From: Ostrea edulis
Lineage: Eukaryota
NCBI RefSeq assembly: GCF_947568905.1
Contig: NC_079165.1
Coordinates: forward strand, 103,602,001-103,666,000
Length of the DNA stretch: 64,000 nucleotides
Direction: 5' to 3'
The position numbers and the translations under genes are program-made. The notes under the pieces were generated by a model, which saw only the letters and a program-made list of their open reading frames with translations, did not search any database and was not told where the DNA came from. How positions within the stretch are numbered: position 1 is the first letter of the stretch; every line of letters starts with the position of its first letter. Below are positions 26,601 to 38,067 of this stretch, piece by piece.

Positions 26601-26889
26601 TGTGTATAATGTATCTGATTAGTAGTCTGTCTGTGTATAATGTATCTGATTAGTAGTCTGTCTGTGTATAATGTATCTGATTAGTAGTCTGTCTGTCTAT
26701 AATGTATCTCATTAGTAGTATGTCTGTCTATAATTTATCTGATTAGTAGTCTGTCTGTGTATAATGTATCTGATTAGTAGTCTGTCTGTGTATAATGTAT
26801 CTGATTAGTAGTCTGTCTGTGTATAATGTGTCTGATTAGTAGTATGTCTGTGTATAATGTGTCTTATTAGTAGTCTGTCTGTCTGTCTA
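14613..26889. repeat. Satellite/minisatellite array, 31-bp unit TCTGATTAGTAGTCTGTCTGT(G/C)TATAATGT(A/G), about 396 copies
   Basis: Directly visible head-to-tail array with no spacers; two common dimorphic sites and several rare variants. Confidence 0.99.
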
Positions 26890-28002
26890 GATTGTATCGA
26901 TTGATTTTCACATTATCTTTACGTCTATTACCTCTATATTCTACCTTGTTTGTATGCTTCTGAGATAGTAGCGATTACCTAAGCGAACAAGCAAACATGT
27001 GTTGGAAAATACTTAAAGAAAATTGTTTTTCATCTCGAGAAAACTTCCCGGTATAGTGATTTAAAGCGAGGAATGTGTACTTTAAACTTTCAACAACAAT
27101 TGTCACTAGCATTTCCGCGTTTCTGTAGCCTTTAAAGTTCAGCTGATAGATCCTTAAGTTGTCTGTACTTCATAGTATGCTTTAATGTTTGAATGAGAGT
27201 AACAAGAAAACATATACACATCAAACCATTGTTAACATTTCCGCCATTGAATGAGGATTCGTCATCCGAATGACATAATTCGAACATTTTCCCAAAACTT
27301 CAATCTTGAAAGTTATTTTCCAGTTTCTGGAATAGAGCGATAATCATTAAGATATAAAAAATATTCTTTTCTCAATTTACACTTCCGGAGTCATTTTATG
27401 AAAAATCATACTGAAATACAACTTAGAACAAGAAGCCTATAGGTCATACCTCACATCACCTGAACCGTTGCATTTTCATTGTACAGCATTAGATGCCAAT
27501 CATGAACCTACCACGGGGACACGAATGTTTCATTTTAGTTCTTTTAGTAGAATTTTAAAGAATTTTCCTACATGTATATACACCTATAAAAACCCCTATA
27601 AAACCCTTGGAATTAAAATGTGAACAAACTTGCATCTATCTTGCATGTACATTCTTGCATATTGAAGTGGCATTTTGTATCATTGTGGTTATTGACAATA
27701 AGAATTCCGATACAAAACTTTGTACGCCTTTTTTTTTTTTTTTTTTACATCGGTCTGGAACAAACATGTATATACACTTCATGAGGACACTTTCGTAATA
27801 TATTGACCTGTTTTACATTAGTGGTTATTAAGAAGATTCCTACAGAATTTTGAATGCATGTATGTTTCTATATAAATCTTGAACATATTTTCAGGTCATG
27901 CCTAGATATCAAGGTTAATTGTATTAACGAGTATGGTATACATGTATACTACATCAAGATGTCTGCACGTTGTTTGATTTACACACACACACACACACAC
28001 AC

Positions 28003-28454
28003 ACACCAAATCGTCGCTTGTCCCAAATTGTCGTCGGCGACGATTTGGGATGGGCGACGATTTGGGATTTCTTATGTAACACCCCAAATAATCGCCCGTC
28101 CTAGAAATCGTCGCCGGCGATTTTGGCATAACCTTGCATCCCAAATTGTCGCCCTTTTGCTGTAACTACATGTATTTGGAAACATCGTTTACATACAAAC
28201 TGGCCCTGTTTGTTAACTCCCTCTCCTCTCCTCCTCTTTCTTCTTCTGTGGTCCATATATAACCGCAAATTGTCTAATCTTCTACTTCGACTTTTACTTG
28301 TTCTGTTGTATATTTTAAAAAAAAGATTTATTATGATCACAGTATTTATCATTGTTGTTTTGGTTGGTAGTGGTGTTGTTAATATTGAAAGAGTTGTATT
28401 TGTTGATGGTGGTGGTGCCATTGTTGTCTATATGAATTGTTTTCATCCAGTCCT

Positions 28455-28516
<62 letters not shown>

Positions 28517-29030
28517 GTCCGACAATAAATCATTTCGCCTTTTTTTGTAGGGTCATTCTGCTGATCACGGGGTTGTTAGGTCTTGTTCACCGCAGATTTG
28601 TTAGTGACATCAGATTGTATTAAATTACGCCTGTTAGCTCTCTTTCCGGAATTCTCATTTTTGGGGAGGCATGTCCGAGGGTCACTTGTAATCTACATAC
28701 AAAATTTTGGCCCAATAGGTCAACAAACACCAGAGATATGAGTGAGGACAGACAGACCAAGTGAAACTTACCTACCCCTCCCTCCCTATAAGAGAGGGTA
28801 CAATAAAATAACTTCTGTGTAATCTATCCTAGAAACGTGAATAAAATATTGGTGGGCGACGATTTAGGGTGTACTATAGTACATCCCAAATCGTCGGCCC
28901 TAATGATAGTGCAATTTTGTCCCAAATCGTTGCCGGGATTTGGGATGCCGGGCGACGATTTGGAGTGAATTGTCATCTCAAATCGTCACCGGCGACGATT
29001 TGGGATGGGGCGACGATTTATGGTGTAACA
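28003..29030. mobile_element. Non-autonomous TIR element with arrays of the palindrome AAATCGTCGCCGGCGACGATTT at both ends
   Basis: Left end ACACCAAATCGTCGC..TCCCAAAT.GTCG matches the reverse complement of the right end ..GCGACGATTTATGGTGTAACA; (CA)n on both sides. Confidence 0.7.
28457..28514. repeat. (GA)n microsatellite; others near 1427-1466, 50042-50117, 55060-55112 and 61220-61304
   Basis: Directly visible. Confidence 0.95.
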
Positions 29031-29621
29031 CACACACACACGCACACCGTTGTTGATTTAAACTATTTTCATTTACGCCATCAAAGTAGGGAAAACAAGA
29101 ATAAGAAAATCATGAAGCGATTCATAAAAGAAAACTACTACAATCTGTTTCCTAAACTATGACCTTTAACAAAATAAACACAATTAACTCGAATACAATG
29201 CAAAGGAAATGTCATAGAAAATACAGATAAAAGGTATACAACGTAAATGGCAATGTATAGCATCGAATTTCATTAAAGCGCGGCCTTTTTTTTATTGAGT
29301 TGGTTTACGGATCCGCCGCACTGAATTTTTGGGATGTTGGGAAAAAAATAAAATGGTTTTTCACTTTTATATTTCCGACGCTATAATTTTTCCTTTTCAC
29401 AAAAAAGAAAAGAAAAGAAAATAGATTCCGCTGGAGTGGATATTTGGACAGACGCCTCCGTCGAAATCTCGGGACAGTCCACAATATTCATGTGTGGAAT
29501 ATCAGTCAACTTCAGCCGGTGCTAACAATTATTCTGCACCTTAGTAACAATGCTTTTTGCTTCCAATAAGTTATCTGTTTATAAAACTAACTTTTAATTA
29601 GCATTAGTTATGCATTGCATA

Positions 29622-30151
29622 CCATTTAGATATGTAAATCCCAAAATAAAAACAAACACTTGTTTTCAGATGGCATCCATGACGTACGTTGGGTTGCACT
29701 AATCACCTAAACAAGTATAACCCTACCTGACCTTACCATGCATATATTTTGCCGAGGATACACTTTTGAATTCTTATTAATGAATTTTAGAAATATTTTT
29801 CATAATTAATATGTGTAATTCTTCATATGTTGAAGGAGGTTAAAAACATATTTAACATTATTGAATTCATTCATTGTATAAAATTTGTTGACTACCAACA
29901 ATAAATTGATCTGACCTATATAAAATTCAGAATTTTTTAATAAATGTTTATAGGGTTCATGAATTTTATTTATAACTACTTGACTTCATAAATAAGACTT
30001 TAAAACTTAAAAGTAAATTTTTAGACAAAATATATGCTTGGTAAGGTCAGTCAGGATTTTAGTACTTCAGGTGATTAGTGCGTCCCTATATACGTCATGG
30101 TTGCCATCTACGATGTGGTTCTTTTATTTTGGGATTTACATAACTAAACGG
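29622..30151. mobile_element. MITE with ~130-bp terminal inverted repeats and a TA target duplication (Tc1/mariner-type)
   Basis: TA|CCATTTAG-TATGTAAATCCCAAAATAAAA ... TTTTATTTTGGGATTTACATAACTAAACGG|TA. Confidence 0.75.
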
Positions 30152-31221
30152 TAAACAATGGACATTTGATAATGATAGAAAGTTAATTTAATAAACAAAT
30201 AATATTTTTTAAGGAAACAGCATTGTTGCCAAGGTGCACAATAGTCACTAGGCCTATATACCACTGTCTTAAGTTGACAGTGAAGAGAATATTAAAGTTG
30301 ATAATAAAACATATACCTCAAATCAAGTTCATTTTTATTACTTGACATTTTGTCATTTGAACTTTTTTTTTACCTCCTCCGAACGGATTTGAAAATTTTG
30401 AAATCTGTAAATCAATTTTTAAAAAGATTGGCCTTAGTCTCGTAAATTCTGCTCCTCTACGATACACTCCTGATATAAGATCTAACAACATCCTGGGCGG
30501 AGCTTGTTTTACGTCCCTCAGACAATTTTTCATTCATACACAGACGTAACGAACTGTAAGTGAAGTGACACTTTAGACATGTGCATAATCTTCAAGGACG
30601 TAGGAGTAAGGGTTCTTTATCTTGTCAATGCCTTCCGTGACACGACACCTCGGTTATTAAATTCTCGTTCGACTCTTTCTTCGAAATTTCGAGAGTTTGG
30701 CTAAATTAAAGTCATCTCGGTATGACGTATGATGATAGTCAATCGGTGAATCATGTGCGGAGTGTATTGTGGAGATGTAGGATTTACCTGTCTAATTTTA
30801 ATTGAATTGTTTTACTATTTCATTTTATAGTATTTATTGAAGTGAGTTTCTGTATAAAGTATGTCTGTTGTACTGTTATTCTGTAACAAAGTCCGACATC
30901 CAGACCGATGAGAAATATTGATATACAAGTTGTAGAACTTTGTTAATCGTTGTAAAATAAATGTAGTCTAATAAACATAATTTCCACTTACAAAATCGTA
31001 ATTTTGTAAATTGTAATTAAACTAAGAAAGTGTAAGTAAGAAACATACTATCCTTTTGGAATAATTGAATATTTACACTCACCCAATGAATCAATATATA
31101 ACAGAACGACAGCTTACATGTAAAACAAAATCTGCGTTTGAACAACGGTTAAGAAAAACATTACGTAATGGCTTTCTGTACATAAATGTACAATATGTAT
31201 ATATACATTGTACATATATAT

Positions 31222-31510
31222 GAAAAGATGAACATAACGAACAGTGATCAATCTTATAACTCTTACAAGGAATACAAAATAAAGAGCTGGGAAAGCAGGA
31301 CCCTTGAATATACCATAGGTGATATCAGATGCCTAGGAGTACGCATCCCCTGTCGACCGGTCACACACCCCTTGAACCCTATATCTTGGTCAGATAAACG
31401 GGGGAGTAATCTGTAGTCAGAATCAGTGTGCCAAGAACGGCCTAACTTTTGAGACAGAATTTGACCCGATGACAGGTCGTCTTGGCAAACTAGATCCTTA
31501 CAACGACCAG
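31222..31510 (-). mobile_element. Diverged copy of the Naiad-like repeat family
   Basis: Shared tail motif ATAACGAACAGTGATCAATC. Confidence 0.7.
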
Positions 31511-32009
31511 AGAATTTGCATAACACTGGGGTAAGGTATTTATGGAAATTAAAGAGCCACATATATGAAAAAGTTATGAAAAATTTCTAACAGACAACAA
31601 GGCAATAATATACCCAAAGCATGATACAATGGTGAGTAATGATAATTCAGTTTAGTATGAATTTTTAACATGGGTCCGTAACAGACCTAAACCAGCGGGC
31701 AAATTTTCTTTTGTAGGAATCTTATTTTCAAAATGAATCATTTATACATACATGTATTTAGATATTAGCAGTTTTTCTAAATTGTTGACTTGAAAATTTT
31801 CTATAATAGACATTCAGTAGAGGAAATACCAGCAGAGAAGTTATTGCCCTTGACAACATTTTTTCATTTTAAATAATTGATTATCTATGGGAAATATCAA
31901 CTTTTTCACCATTAACAGTTTACTTTTTTTCATTTCATGCAGTGAATGAAATTCCCCTGAAAGATATATTTCTATTATGCGCAAAGTTAAATTCAACTAT
32001 TTTTTCCCC

Positions 32010-32790
32010 AAAAACCGATGACAGAAGGATAAATAAGACACGGAATAAATAGTCACTTGTTGCTTCTCTGTTGAGAACACAAGTAACGTAGATTACTCCT
32101 GTGGTGCGGTTGATGCTGAAGGATGTTTCAACACAATGAAGACTATATTGAATCCCGGAATGATCCATGAAAGGTGAAGATAACGAACAGTGGTCAATCT
32201 CATAACTCCTATAAGCAATACAAAATAGATAGTTGGGCAAACACGGACCCCTGGACACACCAGAGGTGGGATCAGGTGCCTAGGAGGAGTAAGGATCCCC
32301 TGTCGACCGGTCACACCCGCCGTGAGCCCTATATCCTGTTCAGGTAAACGGAGTTATCCGCAGTCAAAATCAGTGTGCCAAGAACGGCTTAACAATCGGT
32401 ATGAAACACGTCAGACAGCATTTGACCCAATGATAGGTTGTATTGACGAACTAGATCGTTTTAACGACCATAGAATTTGCGAAATGCTGACTTCAATCGA
32501 GACTGTTGAAACCCCTGTACCATTAACTTGTTTGTCAGTAGCTTACCTCGATTTAAAAACTGACTATACCATGTCAGTGGCTGAGACTTGGATGATAAAG
32601 AGTCCAAGAGGACATTTTCTCTGATGTTAGCAAAGTAAACGAAACGAGAAATGTTGTCATTTTCGGTAACACGAATATCCGCCGAAAACGTTCCGGATAC
32701 CAATAAAGCGACCATCACTAGCGGAGGCACCATCACGAAATGTATTTGCATTTACAGAGGCCTGTCCATTCGTTATTTCCGATACTTGGG
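32010..32790 (-). pseudogene. Decayed cadherin-repeat exon fragment (about 1.5 EC domains), interrupted by a retroelement at 32167-32569
   Basis: Across frameshifts it reads ASDGRF..IRVTENDN..F..YFANIREN..IIQVSATDM | DHSGIQYSL..FSINRTTGVIYV..LNRE...Y.FRV, matching the cadherin xNDN, ExN, ATDxD, TG and LDRE motifs. Confidence 0.75.
32167..32569 (-). mobile_element. Naiad-like copy inserted in the cadherin remnant, flanked by a CATG duplication
   Basis: CATG at 32166-32169 and 32570-32573; removing the insert restores ATDMD. Confidence 0.8.
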
Positions 32791-34133
32791 GTAACTGACT
32801 CAAGGAATAATTTCAAACCCATACATACACATATTAATCATAAATCTTGACAAATAACAAAATGTTGTTAAATTTCATAGCTCTGGGAAATATTTACTTT
32901 GTCACGTACTCGTTAATATCAGTTGTAACCATCTGAGTAAAATCTCTAAAGTATTTGATAACAAGGCAGGAAAAGAATCACCAATCTTCAATGAATTTTG
33001 TAGGATAAAGACCCATGTGATAAAAAGGTGAACTTTTTAAAACAGTTACGTAATGTCGTATGAGTTTGACAGTCATTTTGAATGCTAGGCTAATAAAATA
33101 ACAGCTTTAAGAATGGTATGCAAAATAGCCCTTTAACATAGCTGTATTAAAGCAAGAAGGATTGAACTACTGATCATTTTGTAAACTCAGGTGATTGTAG
33201 TAGTCGTTTTCAATTTCAAATCATCAAGATTTCAGAAATTCAATGAACAAAAAAATTCATCCTTTATTTTGCTTGGTGTTAAAATTCATTTCTTGTAGAT
33301 GTTCTTAAGAAAATATTTAGTATTCGTAATTTCCCTATCATTACTGTAGGTACACGACCTAAATGAAGGTAAACCATCTGACTTGAGGTGTTATTTGTCA
33401 CATTTAGGATTGCTTACATAATGTTTTTCACCTCTCGATCTCTATGCTAGACAGAAGCCTCATACGGATATAAAACGATCAAGAAAAACAATATATCAGT
33501 GTGTATGGAAGTCGAACGTTTTTCATTGCCGTTGTTATTGCTAACATTTGTAAAAGAAATACATAGTATACATTTTATGAATTTTACATAATAATACCAA
33601 AAGGATTTGCATTATAGCCAATTTATATCGAGAATAAAATTCGCTTAATGAATACATTTGTTACAACGCACTTAATTCTACAGTTTACCAGCATTCCAAA
33701 ATCCAACAAATTTTAGTTCTCACTACATTATCTTTGCTTTTCTCCTAAGTCCCCCTACATTTACTATAACACATTATAGAACAAGAAATGTGAAGATAAT
33801 CAGAAGAACATCTATAGAAATCACAATGTGTCCTGTAGAATTTTAAGTTAACAGTTAATGATGTCGTTATAGAAAGAGGATGTAATTGATATTTTGGGCA
33901 TTTATTACCTGCAACACACTTTCATAGCTAAAAAATTAATTTATTGACATATGTGAAAATTTGAGATTATCATCTTTCAGGAGAAGATTAAAATCTTCCA
34001 TCATTTTTCTTTTAAACAGCCTACAAAATTTTGGACCGTGGAATTGTATCACCTTTCTGATAACCCTCTTATTTTGTTACTGTTATTTATAGATATTTTA
34101 ATACCCAGACCCATCATATCATCTCAATTAATA

Positions 34134-34233
34134 GTGTCTGATGTACTTCATAAGGCAAGAGTCTGATATAATTCATAAGGCAAATGTCTGATGTAATTCA
34201 TAAGGCAAGTGTCTGATATAATTCATAAGGCAG
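34134..34233. repeat. Four copies of a 25-bp unit (G)TGTCTGATRTAATTCATAAGGCAA
   Basis: Directly visible. Confidence 0.9.
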
Positions 34234-34939
34234 AGACCGGGAATGTATGCATCCTGATTCCATTAGTTACAGCGATGATGCTATTATCTTACAATTCATC
34301 ATATTGCAATAAGATACACATGAGTGTTGATGTGGTATTCTTCTCCGTTTGAGATTTAAATCCAACAACACTAACGATAATTTTGAAGAATATGTCAGAA
34401 AAATAGGCATCTGCTATATATTATAATTAGGCCATTGTTAGTTGGAGTTGAATAATATAAGTACATGTTTTTTAGATTACTACTTTAACTGGTCTTATAC
34501 TTTGACCGTTAAGTCAAGACAAGTCTGTCCTAAAATTTCGGCAAAAATCTTCATTTCGAAAATGCAACTTTTGGTAAAAAGACATCAAAGTATACCTCGA
34601 AGCGCGATATCATTAAAAGAAGTCTAATTAGTTCACTCACGTATTTTACTACACAAAATCTAACAACACCCCTTGAGCTCACAACGGAGCTACTATTTTA
34701 TCAGCCAATGAAATTATTCCTGCGGATATCTTAAAGACATAATTACGGTTTGATTAAAAATTTTCAGTAATTTAATTTCATTGATTACAATGCATCTGAT
34801 AGGTATTTTCAACAGTAAATGAAACTATGAATGGCAGTAATGAATTTACATGCGCATTACAGATATATATATATCACAATGTATTTGTTATCTAGGAACA
34901 GCTGATGTCTTTATTTGTTTACCAATAAAAAAAAATGTA

Positions 34940-35247
34940 TGATTAATCTTATGTTCCTTCAAGAATTTTTCACTCATATTGAGGCGTCACTAGGTGTAGG
35001 TGGAGTACCACAAATTTAGACCTATGCTCGGGCTCTAGCAATGAGGATTCTTTAACGTGGCGTGGGTCCTCCGTTTTTAAAGTCATACCCAAAATTGCTG
35101 TGATTCTCGCTTCTAGATACCAAGTGCTTGGCGAAGGAGCATTCATTACTAACATTTACATGCTAAGTTTGACACGGCCATGGAACCAGCGGGGCTCGCA
35201 TTCATGATCTTTCGGGTATGCTTTTCCACTGAGTTACCACGACCGGT
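34940..35247 (-). mobile_element. tRNA-derived SINE, same family as 6202-6537
   Basis: Head GGTCGTGGTAACTCAGTGG, body CACGTTAAAGAATCC, tail ATATGAGTGAAAAATTC. Confidence 0.7.
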
Positions 35248-37663
35248 CTACAAATAAATTGTTGCAAAAAATTGATCATACGCAGAACATGTTCTCGCTG
35301 CTTGAATCATTTGGGAGACAGAAACACAATAACGCAAACGATAGTGGAGTATTGCTACATAATTATGGGAAGTTGACGATTGAGAAGGTGAAGTAATCCC
35401 GTTTTTCATAAAGTTTAGTTATTGATACTTCTGCTATTTTTTTTAGATCACAAATCAAATCCACTATAAAAGCGGACAGCATGTATAAAATCACATCCAA
35501 TGTGTGTTTCAGCAGTTTCTTACATTTCACTTATTCTAAATGTTTTGTACGAAACCCTTTTCCGGGGAGTAAGTTGATACCAGGTGCAAATCTTAGATCT
35601 AGATGTTTTCTTCTTCTAATTAGGATCTAAAGATTTATATTTCTACTATGACCAAACGAACATTTATATTTAAGTAGCGTACGTGTTTTCTTGTTTGCAA
35701 TCCTTGTCAGTCTTGGATCTACAATGCTTCCATAATGCTACAGATTAACGTCATGTCGTTATCATAAATATACTTTGATATTTTATCAGAACACGTCAGC
35801 ATTTGTGCGGAACACAGCACATTTTTATTTTGTTTGTTGTTTTACGTCCCTTTCGAGAATTTTAACTCACGTAACACTAGTTTTCAGGAAAATTGTCATG
35901 AATTTTGGCTTCCGATGCTTCTCAAGGCCGTAGCAATTAGGATTCTCCATCATATCCGAATTACTCTTCACCCCTATTTCAATTGCCGGACCCTTTGCGA
36001 AGGATAAGTCACTGTCACTGGTAAGGTATCCGATCCATAAAATCATTTATTTTCACAAGAATTAACTCAATATCTGTTGCACTAAATCTTTTGTGAAAAC
36101 AAGTGAGAGTAGATGATGCCCAGAACTACTTCAAGTGAATTAGATTTTTTTGTCAGAGTTATTTTCCCTTGCAGGAATGTAGAAAATAAACTATTTTCAT
36201 AATTCTTATGATGACCTTTACTTTTCTTTGCATATTCTGAAAGACCATGGTATGTAACTCGTAATAGGAAGCTTTTCACCAAAATTTTTCTTTGGAAATT
36301 ATGTTCTAATTGACTTAATATGTCAGAAATTAGCTTTTCTCATAGAGATTAACGTTAATCTCTATAACAGATATTTCTTAATATATATGTCTTGTCTTGT
36401 CAAATTCTTTTGGTGCATCACTGTGTATGTTAATTACCTTTCATTTGATGCCAAGTTTTGAATTGCATAACAATTAGTTCCGAAAAAAAATTGGGAGGGG
36501 TGTGTGGATCGGACACCTTAAAGGTGGTGCAGCGATGAAGAATGGATCCCGAGCCTAAGAGTCCTAATCATTAGACTGCCGCATTCTCTACTGTAGAATT
36601 TTTTTCAGGAGAATGGAAAATTGTTCATTTAAAACTATCGGACAAAATCTGAAATTAAACTCGAAAAACACCCTAGTACTAATATGTATGTACACATTTG
36701 CTTTAGGGAAACCGTAATCTAAAGTAGTTTGTGTGAGAAATGAAGCACACGAAAGTTTACATGGATTAGGATAGCGACGGATAGCAACCATGTGATCAGT
36801 AAAAATTGTGTATTTTCACGTGAATTTATTTTCCGGAATTCCTTACTCCGTCATAGAATAGTCGAAAAACAAAAACGGGTTCCGAAAGTGTTTTGTTGCT
36901 GTGACTGACTCGTCTAGAGAAAATCAGCACATACCACATACGTATACGTCAATGTCTGTAATAATGGTAAATCAAATGTTTCATCTGTGTGAAACTTTTT
37001 GCCAAACGAAATGTTAAACCAACCACCAATCCATGTACATAGATGCGCTAAGCTACGTAAACAAAGTTGTTGATTGATGCATCGTAATGTCCGAGTACGC
37101 GAGTGCTGCATGCTGCGAGATTAAATACTGTTTACAGTCATTGAGAGGCTAAACAAAGTTTCTTGCAAGAAAAGGAATTTGGTGGATGCATTAAACTTGG
37201 ACAACGAAATCATAGTTTCGTTTGGTGAGTGGGAAAAAATGCCATAAATTTGTATTCAAAAGTTCAACTCACATTTCCTCTGCTATTTCACAATGCGATT
37301 TATAATAACATTTGTAAGTTTAAACACACGACATACAGTATATTTTTTATTTTGTATGTATTTATATATTCCACGTGTGCTTAAATATATCTCCCACCTG
37401 TGTATGTAATTGTAAACGGATGTCATGTAAATGTATACCACATTTGTAATGGGCTCTCACAACTCTTTTATTAAGAAAATATTGTTATGAAAATAACCGT
37501 TACGAAAATAACATACCTTGAACTACATGTATAAAAGTTATGGAAAACAAATATCTGTATAGATGGGGGAACCGGATAGAAAATGGAAGGGGCCAAGGGG
37601 GGATGTGTTTGGCTATATTTAGCTCTAAAACTTCATAGTTATTTCGGATTTCAAACATTTCGG

Positions 37664-37716
37664 TTGAGCATCACTGAAGAGACATTATTTGTCGAAATGC
37701 GCATCTAGTGCATCAA
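37664..37716 (+). ncRNA. Minimal type I hammerhead ribozyme, copy 1; predicted cleavage after C37705
   Basis: GCATCA-CTGAAGA-GACA(TTATT)TGTC-GAA-ATGCGCAT-C-TAGTGC: CUGANGA core, stem II, GAAA, palindromic stem III, AUC site. Confidence 0.85.
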
Positions 37717-38014
37717 AATTGGTACCGTATAAGTTTTACATTACGACCCCTGGGTCGAGGCCTCTGCTGGTGGACTGTTAGTCCCCGAGGGTCTCTACAG
37801 CCCAGTAGCTAAGTACTTCGTTACTAGCTTGAAAATACGGATGTATATTTAATTGCTGTTATGAAATTTAGAAATTCATTTCAAAATTAAGGATTATCTC
37901 CCTCATGCATAGTTCTTATCCTTAGACGAATTTGGCTCCACTTTTTTGGCACGCTGTTTTTCGCAATATTTAGCTCTAAAACTTCATAGTTATTTCGGAT
38001 TTCAAACATTTCGG

Positions 38015-38067
38015 TTGAGCATAACTGAAGAGACATTATTTGTCGAAATGCGCATCTGGTGCATCAA
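38015..38067 (+). ncRNA. Minimal type I hammerhead ribozyme, copy 2; predicted cleavage after C38056
   Basis: GCATAA-CTGAAGA-GACA(TTATT)TGTC-GAA-ATGCGCAT-C-TGGTGC. Confidence 0.85.

Noticed and set aside
14613-26889. 31-bp array as a CRISPR array
   Set aside because: Units are contiguous with no unique spacers, there are no cas genes, and the context is eukaryotic
14613-26889. About 400 TAAT/TGATTA homeodomain-like sites acting as a transcription-factor sink
   Set aside because: Such short AT-rich words are expected in any AT-rich repeat; nothing in the sequence supports binding
27247-27290. Hammerhead-like TTGAATGA-GGAT(TCGTC)ATCC-GAAT
   Set aside because: Both core segments deviate from CUGANGA and GAAA, and stems I and III cannot be formed
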